Shown here: one piece after another, positions 10,557-19,570 of the stretch
Position numbering within the stretch: the first letter of the stretch is position 1
Layout of the letters: each line of letters begins with the position of its first letter
Assembly: GCA_965279375.1 (NCBI GenBank)
Contig: OZ257156.1
Coordinates: 1,120,001 to 1,184,000, forward strand
Direction of reading: 5' to 3'
DNA length: 64,000 bases
Source of the DNA: Gemmatimonas sp.
Lineage (GTDB): Bacteria > Gemmatimonadota > Gemmatimonadetes > Gemmatimonadales > Gemmatimonadaceae
Position numbers and translations under genes: made by a program
The notes under the pieces: generated by a model
The model's database searches: none
What the model saw: only the letters and a program-made list of their open reading frames with translations
Told to the model about the DNA's origin: nothing

Positions 10557-11153
10557 ATGCGCAGACTGCTATCGAGCCGCACCGTTCTTCCCATGCTGCT
10601 GGCGAGCGCGCTCGCGTCTGCGCCGCACGTGGTGCACGCGCAGTCCGCCAAGCCGCCAATGGCGATGACAACGGCTCCTGCGGCCAAGCCAACCATCTTC
10701 CGCAAGCCGTCCGACGGTGAGCTGAAGCGACTGCTGACACCGATGCAGTATCAGGTCACGCAGCACGAGTCCACGGAGCCGCCGTTCCGCAACGAGTTCT
10801 GGAATCACCACGAAGCGGGCATCTACGTCGATGTCGTTTCCGACGAGCCGTTGTTCAGCAGCACCGACAAGTACGAATCGGGAACCGGCTGGCCCAGCTT
10901 CACCAAGCCGATTGCGTCAACAAACGTTCGCACCGTCACCGATCGTCAGCTGTCTGAAGAGCGCACCGAGGTGCGATCGCGGCTGGGTGATTCGCATCTC
11001 GGGCACGTGTTCGACGATGGCCCGCGCCCTACCGGCTTGCGCTACTGCATTAACTCTGCGTCGCTGCGATTCATTCCGGCCAGCGATCTCGAGAAGGAAG
11101 GCTACGGCCAGTACGCCAAGCTCTTCGTTGGACTGAAGCCAAAGAACAAGTAA
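10557..11153 (+). CDS. msrB: Peptide-methionine (R)-S-oxide reductase MsrB with signal peptide
   Basis: [15 protein letters not shown] and RYCINSASL motifs. N-terminal signal ends in VHA. Confidence 0.95.
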   Translation: MRRLLSSRTVLPMLLASALASAPHVVHAQSAKPPMAMTTAPAAKPTIFRKPSDGELKRLLTPMQYQVTQHESTEPPFRNEFWNHHEAGIYVDVVSDEPLFSSTDKYESGTGWPSFTKPIASTNVRTVTDRQLSEERTEVRSRLGDSHLGHVFDDGPRPTGLRYCINSASLRFIPASDLEKEGYGQYAKLFVGLKPKNK

Positions 11154-11165
11154 AGACCGGCGCGA

Positions 11166-11777
11166 TCATTCGCCCCTGACGTCGAGCCCCATCGCCATCG
11201 CGATCGTGATGGCCTGCTGATAATCCACGATCGCGCCGGTGAGCGTCACGCGTGCGGGCTCGACGGCGCTGAGATCGCTGCCTCGCAGATCCGCATCGGT
11301 GAAGTCGGCACCATTGAGCGACGCGCAGGCCAAGTCCACGCTGCGCATACTCATGCCTCCGCAGCGTGCGTCGCTCAGATCGACTTCGCGCAATCGCGCA
11401 TCTGCAAAGCGCGCCTTTCGCAGGTCGGCTCCGGCCAACTGCACGAACGACCAGTTGCCGCCGCTCACCTTCATGAGATCGAAGCTGCAGCGATCGAACT
11501 TGCTCCCGACGAACTTGCACTCGGTGAAGCGGGCGTCGAAGAAGTTGCAGTTGGAGAAGCGGCAGTTCACAAACGCGGCATCGGTGTGCGCGGAGATATT
11601 GAACTGCACGCCGCGGAAGGTGCAATCGGTGAAGACCGCGCCGTTGTTCACCGCCTCGGTCATGTCGATGTCCACGAACGCCACCCGTGTGTGCGTCTCG
11701 CCGCTGATGTCGCGCCCTTCCCAGTTTGCGCCGCTGACAGTGGAATCGGTTGTTGGCGAATTCCCGGCGTTGCTCAT
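11166..11777 (-). CDS. Pentapeptide-repeat protein, MfpA-like
   Basis: Tandem [A/C/S]xFxx / ADLRG pentapeptides and a C-terminal 'GAIVDYQQAITIAMAMGL' helix. The ATG overlaps the nhaA stop (ATGA). Confidence 0.85.
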   Translation of the reverse strand: MSNAGNSPTTDSTVSGANWEGRDISGETHTRVAFVDIDMTEAVNNGAVFTDCTFRGVQFNISAHTDAAFVNCRFSNCNFFDARFTECKFVGSKFDRCSFDLMKVSGGNWSFVQLAGADLRKARFADARLREVDLSDARCGGMSMRSVDLACASLNGADFTDADLRGSDLSAVEPARVTLTGAIVDYQQAITIAMAMGLDVRGE

Positions 11778-13138
11778 CTGGATGGACTCGAGGGTGTGCC
11801 GGAGGATGCGTTGAGCGAGCGTAGCAGCAGATAGCCGACGAGGCCCGCGCAGCCGCTGGCAGTGAGTACGGCAAGCTTGGCGATGTCGAGCTGCTCCGCC
11901 GACGTGAACGCCAGTCCGGCCACGAACAGCGACATCGTGAAGCCGATCCCGCCTAACCATGCAACGCCATGCAGCTGCTTCCACGACGCGCCCGTGGGCA
12001 GGTCGGCGGCACCGATGCGCACCGCGATCACGCTCGCCAGGGTGATGCCGATCGGCTTGCCCAACAGCAGCCCCATCGCGGCGCCAATGGCAATCGGATT
12101 GGTGGCAGCCGCTGCCAGATCCGATCCCAGCGAAACACCCGCGTTGGCCAAGGCGAAGATCGGCATGATGCCAAAGGCGACGACGCTTTGCAGCGCGTGC
12201 TCCACCTGCTGCAACGGCGACTGGGCCGCGTCGGCCGCGCTCTCGAGCGCCTGCAGTGCGCTCTGATGCCCCTGATTGGACAGGACCGTCGTACCGGGTT
12301 CATCGGCCGCGCGAAAATCGGCGAGGCTCGCTTCGGCCGACGCGAGAAACTGGTCTTCGGAGATTCGCGTGCGGGCGGGCAGCATGAGCGCGAGCAGCAC
12401 GCCGGCAATCGTGGCGTGAATGCCCGACTTGAGCATGAACAGCCACAGCACCACGCCAAGCAAGGCGTAGGTGGCCGGACGACGTGCTCCTGCGCGATTG
12501 AGCGCGAACAGCGCCAACAGCACCAGCGCGGCTCCGCCCAGCGCCGCCCAGTCGATCGCGCTGGTATAGAACAGCGCGATCACCAGCACCGCCCCCAGAT
12601 CGTCGGCGATGGCGAGCGCAGCGAGAAACACGCGCAGGCTGGTCGGCACACGGTTGCCGAGTAGCGCCAGAATTCCCAGCGCAAAGGCGATGTCCGTGGC
12701 CATTGGGACGCCCCATCCCGCCGCACCGGGTCCACGCGCATTCACGCTCGCGTACAGCAGCGCCGGCACGATCATGCCACCGAGCGCCGCTGCGACGGGC
12801 AGCGTGGCCGACCGACGCGACGACAGCTCGCCCACGAGGATCTCGCGCTTGATCTCGAGCCCAACGAGCAGAAAGAACACGGCCATGAGGCCGTCGTTGA
12901 CCCAGGCGTGCAGCGGGAGTGTCAGGCCGAACGACGGCGCGCCGATGCTGACCGGCGTCTCCCAGAGGTGATGATACGACGCGGCCCATGGCGAGTTGGC
13001 CCAGCCGAGCGCGACCGCCGTGCATGCCAGCAGCACCAGACCGCCGGCGGCGCTGGTGGCAAAGAAGCGTTGAAACGGTCCGAGTACTCGCTCGACGAGC
13101 GGGCGTGAACCGGGCATGCGTGCGGGAGCCGTGGACAT
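11774..13138 (-). CDS. nhaA: Na+/H+ antiporter NhaA
   Basis: WVNDGLMAVFF, GLEIKRE, PMATDIAF, LAIADD and GIGFTMSLF motifs. Confidence 0.96.
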   Translation of the reverse strand: MSTAPARMPGSRPLVERVLGPFQRFFATSAAGGLVLLACTAVALGWANSPWAASYHHLWETPVSIGAPSFGLTLPLHAWVNDGLMAVFFLLVGLEIKREILVGELSSRRSATLPVAAALGGMIVPALLYASVNARGPGAAGWGVPMATDIAFALGILALLGNRVPTSLRVFLAALAIADDLGAVLVIALFYTSAIDWAALGGAALVLLALFALNRAGARRPATYALLGVVLWLFMLKSGIHATIAGVLLALMLPARTRISEDQFLASAEASLADFRAADEPGTTVLSNQGHQSALQALESAADAAQSPLQQVEHALQSVVAFGIMPIFALANAGVSLGSDLAAAATNPIAIGAAMGLLLGKPIGITLASVIAVRIGAADLPTGASWKQLHGVAWLGGIGFTMSLFVAGLAFTSAEQLDIAKLAVLTASGCAGLVGYLLLRSLNASSGTPSSPSR

Positions 13139-13219
13139 GGGAGGTGAAATCTATTGCTGGGCACTCGCCGGTGATGAAGCGCACGACCGCGTGGCGACGC
13201 ATTGCGCATCTTTCTGTCT

Positions 13220-14389
13220 ATGCGAGTATCCGCATCGGTTGGGCTACTACTTACTCTCGTCGCGGCGCGCGTCCTGCCGGCACAGCGCCCGGACATGCGC
13301 GACTCGGCCATGGCGGCCGCTGCGAGCACAGTGCTCACATTCGATCACTTCGCCGAGCGTTGCGCGCGCGGCAAGCCGATTGCGGGCAAGGACTCGACGA
13401 TTGTTGCGACGTGGGTCAGCACGCAAGGCGTGGAGTTGGTGCGGACACGGCTGCAGGAGCTGGCTGGCGATGCGTCGCAGCAACCGCTCATCGCACAAGC
13501 GCGCGCCGCGATCGTTCAGCGCTACGGCACGATGAATTTCCTGAGCTGCCGTGCGATGGTGCAGGTGACCAGGCAGCCCGACGCCCAGTTCGCCAGCACG
13601 TCGCCGCAACTGCTGCGGGCGCTGCGGGCGCCAGCGATGGTCGCAGCTTCCAGCACACCGGTCGGCGCTCCCGATACCGCCGTGAGTGCGACCAACACGT
13701 CATCGACATCGAACGCGTCATCGAGCGCGTCATTGCAGGCGTCAGCGGACGCGTCATCGTCAACACACGCGGCGCTCCTTGCGCGCATCGAAGGCTTTGC
13801 GTTCGACACGCGCCCCAAGATGGGCATGGGCGGTTTCATCGCGCTCGACATCTATCCCATCGTGCTCTTTCACAACGGCGAGGTGCTGACCGATGTGGAA
13901 GGACTCTCGTTTCGCGCGGGGCTCGATGCGCACAAGCGCGCTGAACCCACGCTGTGGACCCGATGGCGCCGTACGGGTCGATCACTCGAGATCGTGAAGG
14001 ACGGACGATGGGACACGCTCGAGTTTCCGACCATCTACTCGAGCGTACCCGCTGGATTTCGACTGCAAGGACTCTTTCGTAGCACGTCCGGCGTGGGCAA
14101 CGTGGCGGTGGGCGGCACGCAAAGCGTGACCGCGTGGAATGAGTTCCGCTTCTCCAACGATGGTCGCGTGCAACGCGGCGGTGGCGCGGGATCGCGTGCG
14201 GAAGCGGGCGGCACATCCGTGGTGACCAGCGCGGTCGCTGCGAATCGTCGCGGCACCTATCGCATCGATGGGCTCGAGCTCGTGATCAGCTACGACGATG
14301 GCTCGAGCGACCGGCGCATCTTCATCACCGACCCCGCCAAGCCGACGGTGATTTGGCTCGACGGGGTGAGTTATGTGCTGCGAAAGTAG
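13220..14389 (+). CDS. Secreted hypothetical protein
   Basis: Signal peptide, Ser/Ala-rich linker and a beta-rich C-terminal region. No family recognised. Confidence 0.7.
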   Translation: MRVSASVGLLLTLVAARVLPAQRPDMRDSAMAAAASTVLTFDHFAERCARGKPIAGKDSTIVATWVSTQGVELVRTRLQELAGDASQQPLIAQARAAIVQRYGTMNFLSCRAMVQVTRQPDAQFASTSPQLLRALRAPAMVAASSTPVGAPDTAVSATNTSSTSNASSSASLQASADASSSTHAALLARIEGFAFDTRPKMGMGGFIALDIYPIVLFHNGEVLTDVEGLSFRAGLDAHKRAEPTLWTRWRRTGRSLEIVKDGRWDTLEFPTIYSSVPAGFRLQGLFRSTSGVGNVAVGGTQSVTAWNEFRFSNDGRVQRGGGAGSRAEAGGTSVVTSAVAANRRGTYRIDGLELVISYDDGSSDRRIFITDPAKPTVIWLDGVSYVLRK

Positions 14390-14422
14390 GCGCTTGCTTC
14401 AGCGCTTGATTCAGCGCGTGGT

Positions 14423-15454
14423 TTAACGCTCGCTGTCCAGCATGCGCATCTGGTGCGCGTCGTAGCGTGTGCCGCTCACGGTCGCCGCGATCGCCTCCAT
14501 ACGCGCGAAGTCGTCGGCAGTCAGTGTGACCGTGAGTGCCGCCAGTGATTCCGCCAGCTGCGCGCGCGTGCGTGCACCAATCACCGGCACGATGTCGTCG
14601 CCACGGCTCAGCACCCACGCAATCGCCGCCTGCGTCATCGACACGCCCTTGGCCGTCGCGATCTCGCGCAGGGCGTTCACCAACTCGCGATTGCGTTCAC
14701 CACTCTCGCCGGCAAAGCGCGGCAGGTGCGTACGAAAGTCTTTCGCGTCGCTCGGGATCGATCCTGACAACAGTCCCCGCGACAGCACGCCGTACGCAGT
14801 CACGCCGATCCCGAGCTCGCGCAGTACGGGCAGGATCTCCGTTTCGACCGAGCGACTGATCAGCGAATACTCGATCTGCAAATCCGCGATCGGATGCACC
14901 GCGTGCGCACGTCGGATCGTATCAGCCCCCACTTCGGACAACCCGATGGCGCGCACGTATCCCGCCTTCACGAGATCAGCGATGGCACCGATCGTGTCTT
15001 CAATGGGCACCGCCGGGTCGAGACGGGCCGGGCGATAAATGTCGATGTACTCCACGCCCAGTCGGGTGAGCGTGTGTGCGAGCGCGTTCCTGATGGCCAC
15101 CGGGCGTGTGTCGATGCCGATCCAGCTGCCGTCTGGTCCGCGCAGCGCGCCGAACTTGACCGACAGCAATGCGTCGTCGCGCCGCCCCTGCAGTGCCCGG
15201 CCAATCAGCAGCTCGTTCCTGCCAATGCCATAGAAGTCGCCGGTATCGAGCAGCGTCACGCCCCGTTCCAGGGCCTCGTGAATCGTGCGGATGCTCTCGG
15301 CGTCGTCGCTGACGCCGTACATCCCGGACATACCCATGCAGCCGAGGGAGATGGGGAAGACGGTCGGGCCGGTGGCACCGAGTTGGCGCGGGACGTGGGC
15401 GGCGGCGATCGAAGAATCGGGGGAGCGCTGGGTCGCTGCGTGTGAAGAAGTCAT
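14423..15454 (-). CDS. Aldo/keto reductase
   Basis: LGCMGMS, DTGDFYG, IGLSE, LQIEYSL and PVIGART motifs. Confidence 0.92.
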   Translation of the reverse strand: MTSSHAATQRSPDSSIAAAHVPRQLGATGPTVFPISLGCMGMSGMYGVSDDAESIRTIHEALERGVTLLDTGDFYGIGRNELLIGRALQGRRDDALLSVKFGALRGPDGSWIGIDTRPVAIRNALAHTLTRLGVEYIDIYRPARLDPAVPIEDTIGAIADLVKAGYVRAIGLSEVGADTIRRAHAVHPIADLQIEYSLISRSVETEILPVLRELGIGVTAYGVLSRGLLSGSIPSDAKDFRTHLPRFAGESGERNRELVNALREIATAKGVSMTQAAIAWVLSRGDDIVPVIGARTRAQLAESLAALTVTLTADDFARMEAIAATVSGTRYDAHQMRMLDSER

Positions 15455-15520
15455 GGAGCAACCATATGGACTCACAGTATCCTGTGGCAACAAGGCGCCC
15501 GAAAGTGCTATACTCACCTT

Positions 15521-15949
15521 ATGGATACTGTGAACTTGGCCTCGAAAGACGAGGCGCTCTCCGGACCGGGCTCCATGGCCGAGCGGCAGTTGGACATGGC
15601 GCGGGAGCTGTTGTCGCGCGTGGCGGACAAGTGGACGCTGCTCGTCATCGAGGCGCTCGAGGACGGCAAGCCACGGCGCTTCAGTCGGTTACAGGAGACG
15701 GTGCACGGCATCAGCCAGAAGATGCTGACCAAGACGCTGCGCCAGCTCGAGCGCGACGGGCTGGTCGTGCGGCGGGTGCATCCCGTGATCCCGCCGCACG
15801 TGGACTACCAGCTCACCACACTTGGCCATTCGCTGGGCGAGGCGGTGTGCGGGGTCTGGCTGTGGGTGGCCGCGAACGCGGAGGCGGTGGAGCGCGCGCG
15901 GCTCGAGTTTGGCCGTCGTGAGATCGGCGCGTCGCCGGCAGCCGACTAG
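15521..15949 (+). CDS. HxlR-family winged-helix regulator
   Basis: DKWTLLVI, ISQKMLTKTLRQLERDGLV and PPHVDYQLT motifs. Divergent from the AKR gene. Confidence 0.92.
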   Translation: MDTVNLASKDEALSGPGSMAERQLDMARELLSRVADKWTLLVIEALEDGKPRRFSRLQETVHGISQKMLTKTLRQLERDGLVVRRVHPVIPPHVDYQLTTLGHSLGEAVCGVWLWVAANAEAVERARLEFGRREIGASPAAD

Positions 15950-15965
15950 ATCCGCCGCAGCAGAG

Positions 15966-16002
15966 AAAACAAAGCGGCGCCCGCGATTGACGCGGGCGCC
16001 GC
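15966..16002 (-). terminator. Intrinsic terminator for the BLUF gene (left islet hairpin)
   Basis: 12-bp perfect stem GCGGCGCCCGCG-ATTGA-CGCGGGCGCCGC followed by TTTGTTTT on the minus strand. Confidence 0.75.
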
Positions 16003-16019
16003 AATTGTCTCAGTCGATC

Positions 16020-16541
16020 TTATCGGACGGCCTTTCTCGTCGCCTTCCGACCTTTCGTCACCGTGGCCGGAACAACCACGTCCGGCGTCACCCGGACCTC
16101 GAGCGATGCCGCGTGCGCCCGCTCGATGGCCGCGAGGTCAGTCAACAGTCCGATCGCCTGCTTGGTCGACATCGCCAGCGGTTCGAAGGCGCGTCCTGAC
16201 ATCCGCACCGCCACCGCCTCGCGGCGCTTCGGCGCGAACGGTTCATCGAGACTGATCATCTTCATCGACCATTCCTCGAAGCTGCGCGTGCGGATTACCG
16301 CATAGCTCAGGATTTCCGCGCCATTGTGCCGCTGATCGCGAAGGATCTTGGCGTAGATCGCATTGACGGCATCGCGCGGGCCTTCGAGCAGCTGCAGAAA
16401 CGAACCGTTTCCGTGCGCGAGGATCCCGCTCACGCCGCACTCGGCGTTCGCGATCTTCGCCTGCCTTCGAATACTCATTAGATCCGAAATGTGAAGGCCG
16501 GGCCGTGCGGCACTTGCATAGACCAGACGAATTAGTGGCAT
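16020..16541 (-). CDS. Stand-alone BLUF-domain blue-light photoreceptor
   Basis: RLVYAS, N32, SGIL, FLQLLEG, DQRH and FEEWSM motifs. Photoactive residues Y8, Q50, W91 and M93 are all present. No effector domain. Confidence 0.92.
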   Translation of the reverse strand: MPLIRLVYASAARPGLHISDLMSIRRQAKIANAECGVSGILAHGNGSFLQLLEGPRDAVNAIYAKILRDQRHNGAEILSYAVIRTRSFEEWSMKMISLDEPFAPKRREAVAVRMSGRAFEPLAMSTKQAIGLLTDLAAIERAHAASLEVRVTPDVVVPATVTKGRKATRKAVR

Positions 16542-16549
16542 GCTGTGTG

Positions 16550-16576
16550 GTATCGGCCGCTTCCGGCGAAACTGGA
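16550..16576 (-). promoter_or_regulatory. sigma28 (FliA)-like promoter of the BLUF gene
   Basis: TCCAGTTT-N11-GCCGATAC versus the consensus TAAAGTTT-N11-GCCGATAA. The ATG lies 8 nt downstream. Confidence 0.55.
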
Positions 16577-16613
16577 GTGAATACTCCTTAACGCGTTCGC
16601 CCGGAATACTGGC

Positions 16614-16641
16614 TAAAGATCTGGGACGAAGTGGTCGAGAA
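16614..16641 (+). promoter_or_regulatory. sigma28-like promoter of the che operon
   Basis: TAAA-N16-GTCGAGAA just upstream of cheA. Confidence 0.45.
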
Positions 16642-16647
16642 TAGGCG

Positions 16648-18978
16648 TTGAGTCGAATTCTTCGCTTTATCGGGACCAAGGGCAAGGACGATCTCCTTCG
16701 GGATTTCTTGACAGAGAGCGCGGACAATCTGGGACGGCTCGACAACGATATTGTCGAGCTGGAGCGACACCCGGGTGACATTGCGCTCCTCAATAGCGTC
16801 TTCCGAACGATTCATACCATAAAGGGCACATGCGGCTTTCTCGGCCTGGTTCGGCTGGAAGGCGTCGCGCACGTCGCCGAGAATGTGCTGGACCGCCTGC
16901 GGGCAGGTCAGCTGACGAGCAACCCCGAGCTGATCGGCGACGTCCTCGCCGCAATCGACTGCATCAAGTACGTGTTGCATCAGCTCGAGCAGACGGAGTC
17001 CGAGCCTGAAGGAGACGATCGCGCGCTGATGGCGCGTCTCGATCGCTGGCTGACCGCTGCGCAGGACACGCCCCCTGGATCAGTCGCGCCGCCGAGCGTC
17101 ACGCCCGCCGCCGTCGCCGGGCCGAGCGCCAATGGCGGAGACCCAGTCGCGCCGACGCCATCCGTGCCTGCGCACGCCAATGCCGCAGCTCATCAGAAGA
17201 CAACTCGCACCGAGTCCAACGCCGCCGTGACCGCCGAACACAACGACCATCCCGAGCACACCGAGACGCGTTCTGCGGTGGCGGACAGCTCGCTGCGCGT
17301 GGGCGTCGGCCTGCTCGACACGCTGATGAATCTCGTTGGCGAGTTGGCCCTCGGTCGCAACCAGTTGCTGCAACTGGCGAGTGCGAATGAGGAGTCGCCC
17401 TTCGCCAAGCCGGTGCAGCATCTCGATCGCGTGACGACCGATCTGCTCGATGCGGTCATGCGCACCCGGATGCAACCGATCGGCAATGCGTGGACCAAGT
17501 TGCCGCGTCTGGTGCGCGACCTCTCGCAGTCGAGTGGCAAGCAGATCACGCTCGTCATGCATGGTTCGGAGACGGAACTCGATCGCCAGATCCTTCAGGC
17601 GATTCAGGATCCACTTACGCACATGGTTCGCAACTCTGCTGATCACGGCATCGAGTCGATCGCTGCGCGCGTCGCCGCTGGCAAGCCCGAGGGCGGTACG
17701 GTTCGCCTGAGTGCCCGGCATGAAGGCGGCCACGTGGTGATCGAGATCGTCGATGATGGTGCTGGAATCGACGCAGGAAAGGTGCGTCGCAAGGCAGTCG
17801 AGCGCGGACTCATTCGCGCGGACCTCGCGGATTCGATCCCCGATGCACAGATGCTGCGCTTCATCTTCGAGCCCGGCTTCTCGACCGCCGAGACCATCAC
17901 GAACGTCTCCGGCCGCGGTGTCGGCATGGATGTCGTGCGCAGCAACATTGAAGCGATCGGCGGCACGGTCGAACTGCAGTCGCAGTTCGGACGCGGCACG
18001 ACCGTTCGCGTGAAGATCCCGCTCACCCTCTCGATCATCTCGGCGCTGCTGGTGGGCACGGCCGGTGAAACCTTCGCGGTGCCGCAGATCGGCATCGTGG
18101 AACTGGTCTGTGTCACCGACGAACAGCGCGTACTCGTGGAGACCGTGCACGGCGCGAAGTTCTTCCGCCTGCGCGACACGCTGTTGCCGATGGTCTCGCT
18201 TCGCGAGTTGATCGGTCTCGGTGTCTCGGACGAGACACTGACGAGCAACATCGTGGTCTGTCAGGTCGGCGATGTGCGATTCGGCCTCGTGGTCGAAGAC
18301 GTGTTCGACACGCAGGAGATCGTGGTCAAGCCAGTCGGCCGTCTCATCAAGCACCTGCAGGCATACGCTGGCTGCACCATCACGGGCGACGGCCGCGTCA
18401 TCATGATCCTCGACACGACCGGCATCGCCACGGTCGCGGGCGTCGCGACCAGCGAATCGCGCGACGAAGCGGCCATCGCCGCAGAAGCAGCGGAGCGACT
18501 GCGCGTCACCAACGCGGAGAGCGACGTGGAAAGCATTCTGCTCTTCGACGCCGGCTTTCCGGCGCTGCAGGCCGTCCCGCTCGCGCTGGTGGCGCGCCTC
18601 GAGGAGTTCGCCCAATCGGCGATCGAGGAGATCGACGGACAGTTCCTCGTGCAGTACCGCGGCGCGCTCATGCCGATCGTGCCCGCGAATCCGTCGCTCG
18701 ACATGCGCGCCAAGGATCCGCGCCCGGTCATCGTCTTCAGCGACCGCAATCGCATCATGGGACTCGCAGTCGATGAAATCCGCGACATCGTCGAAGATCG
18801 CGTGTTGCTGCAGCGGCGTGGCACCCGGCCGGGCATTCTCGGCGTCTGCGTGATCGCCGAACGGGCAACAGAGATACTCGACACCGACCACTTCCTTCGA
18901 TTCGCGCATGGCATGGACCGCGAGCGCGACGCGTCTGACTTTCCCGAAATCGCGGCGGAAGAGGTAACGAGCCTATGA
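16648..18978 (+). CDS. cheA: Chemotaxis histidine kinase CheA (Hpt-dimer-HATPase-CheW-CheW)
   Basis: FRTIHTIKG Hpt, HMVRNSADHG, DDGAG, GFST and SGRGVGMDVV motifs, and two CheW-like domains. Start codon is uncertain. Confidence 0.95.
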   Translation: MSRILRFIGTKGKDDLLRDFLTESADNLGRLDNDIVELERHPGDIALLNSVFRTIHTIKGTCGFLGLVRLEGVAHVAENVLDRLRAGQLTSNPELIGDVLAAIDCIKYVLHQLEQTESEPEGDDRALMARLDRWLTAAQDTPPGSVAPPSVTPAAVAGPSANGGDPVAPTPSVPAHANAAAHQKTTRTESNAAVTAEHNDHPEHTETRSAVADSSLRVGVGLLDTLMNLVGELALGRNQLLQLASANEESPFAKPVQHLDRVTTDLLDAVMRTRMQPIGNAWTKLPRLVRDLSQSSGKQITLVMHGSETELDRQILQAIQDPLTHMVRNSADHGIESIAARVAAGKPEGGTVRLSARHEGGHVVIEIVDDGAGIDAGKVRRKAVERGLIRADLADSIPDAQMLRFIFEPGFSTAETITNVSGRGVGMDVVRSNIEAIGGTVELQSQFGRGTTVRVKIPLTLSIISALLVGTAGETFAVPQIGIVELVCVTDEQRVLVETVHGAKFFRLRDTLLPMVSLRELIGLGVSDETLTSNIVVCQVGDVRFGLVVEDVFDTQEIVVKPVGRLIKHLQAYAGCTITGDGRVIMILDTTGIATVAGVATSESRDEAAIAAEAAERLRVTNAESDVESILLFDAGFPALQAVPLALVARLEEFAQSAIEEIDGQFLVQYRGALMPIVPANPSLDMRAKDPRPVIVFSDRNRIMGLAVDEIRDIVEDRVLLQRRGTRPGILGVCVIAERATEILDTDHFLRFAHGMDRERDASDFPEIAAEEVTSL

Positions 18979-19472
18979 GCGCCGGAAAGACGAAGGACTC
19001 CGTCGCATCGACAACGACCGATGCGCATGCAGTCGAGCACGCGGAGTACGTGACGTTCCGCCTGGCAGACCAGTGGCTTGGCATACCGGTCATGGGCGTG
19101 CAGGAGGTGCTGACTTCGCAACGCGTGGCACGCGTGCCGATGGCGCCAACGGCGATCGCCGGCTTCCTCAACTTGCGCGGACAGATCGTCACCGCGCTCG
19201 ATCTGCGGAGCACGCTCGGACTCGCTGCGCGCGGGCCGGATGATGAGGTAATGAATGTCGTCGTGCGCCACGAAGGCGAGCTCTTCGCGTTCATGGTCGA
19301 CGAGGTCGGTGATGTCGTGTCGGTCACCAACCAGTCCGTGCAGCCGACACCGGCCAGCCTCGACGCGCGTTGGCGGGCCGCCAGCGTGGGCATCGTACGA
19401 CGCGAGCATGACCTGCTGCTCGTGCTCAGCGTCAATGAAGTGATCCGGCTCGAACACGTGGCTGTCACGTGA
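18975..19472 (+). CDS. cheW: Chemotaxis coupling protein CheW
   Basis: VQEVL and GFLNLRGQIVTALDLR motifs. ATGA overlap with cheA. Confidence 0.95.
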   Translation: MSAGKTKDSVASTTTDAHAVEHAEYVTFRLADQWLGIPVMGVQEVLTSQRVARVPMAPTAIAGFLNLRGQIVTALDLRSTLGLAARGPDDEVMNVVVRHEGELFAFMVDEVGDVVSVTNQSVQPTPASLDARWRAASVGIVRREHDLLLVLSVNEVIRLEHVAVT

Positions 19473-19570
19473 CGACCTGAAAAGCACCTCACAACGGCCG
19501 GTGCGATGCTGCCCGGTTGCACACACTTTCCGCCACTCAACGTACACGCCTCAATTTCATAACTACCGCC

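Noticed and set aside
14392..14428. Degenerate 12-nt triple repeat between convergent genes
   Set aside because: Too short and degenerate to assign a function.
16542..16793. N-terminal extension of the BLUF ORF (257-aa call)
   Set aside because: It overlaps cheA and both promoters. BLUF homology begins at ATG 16541.
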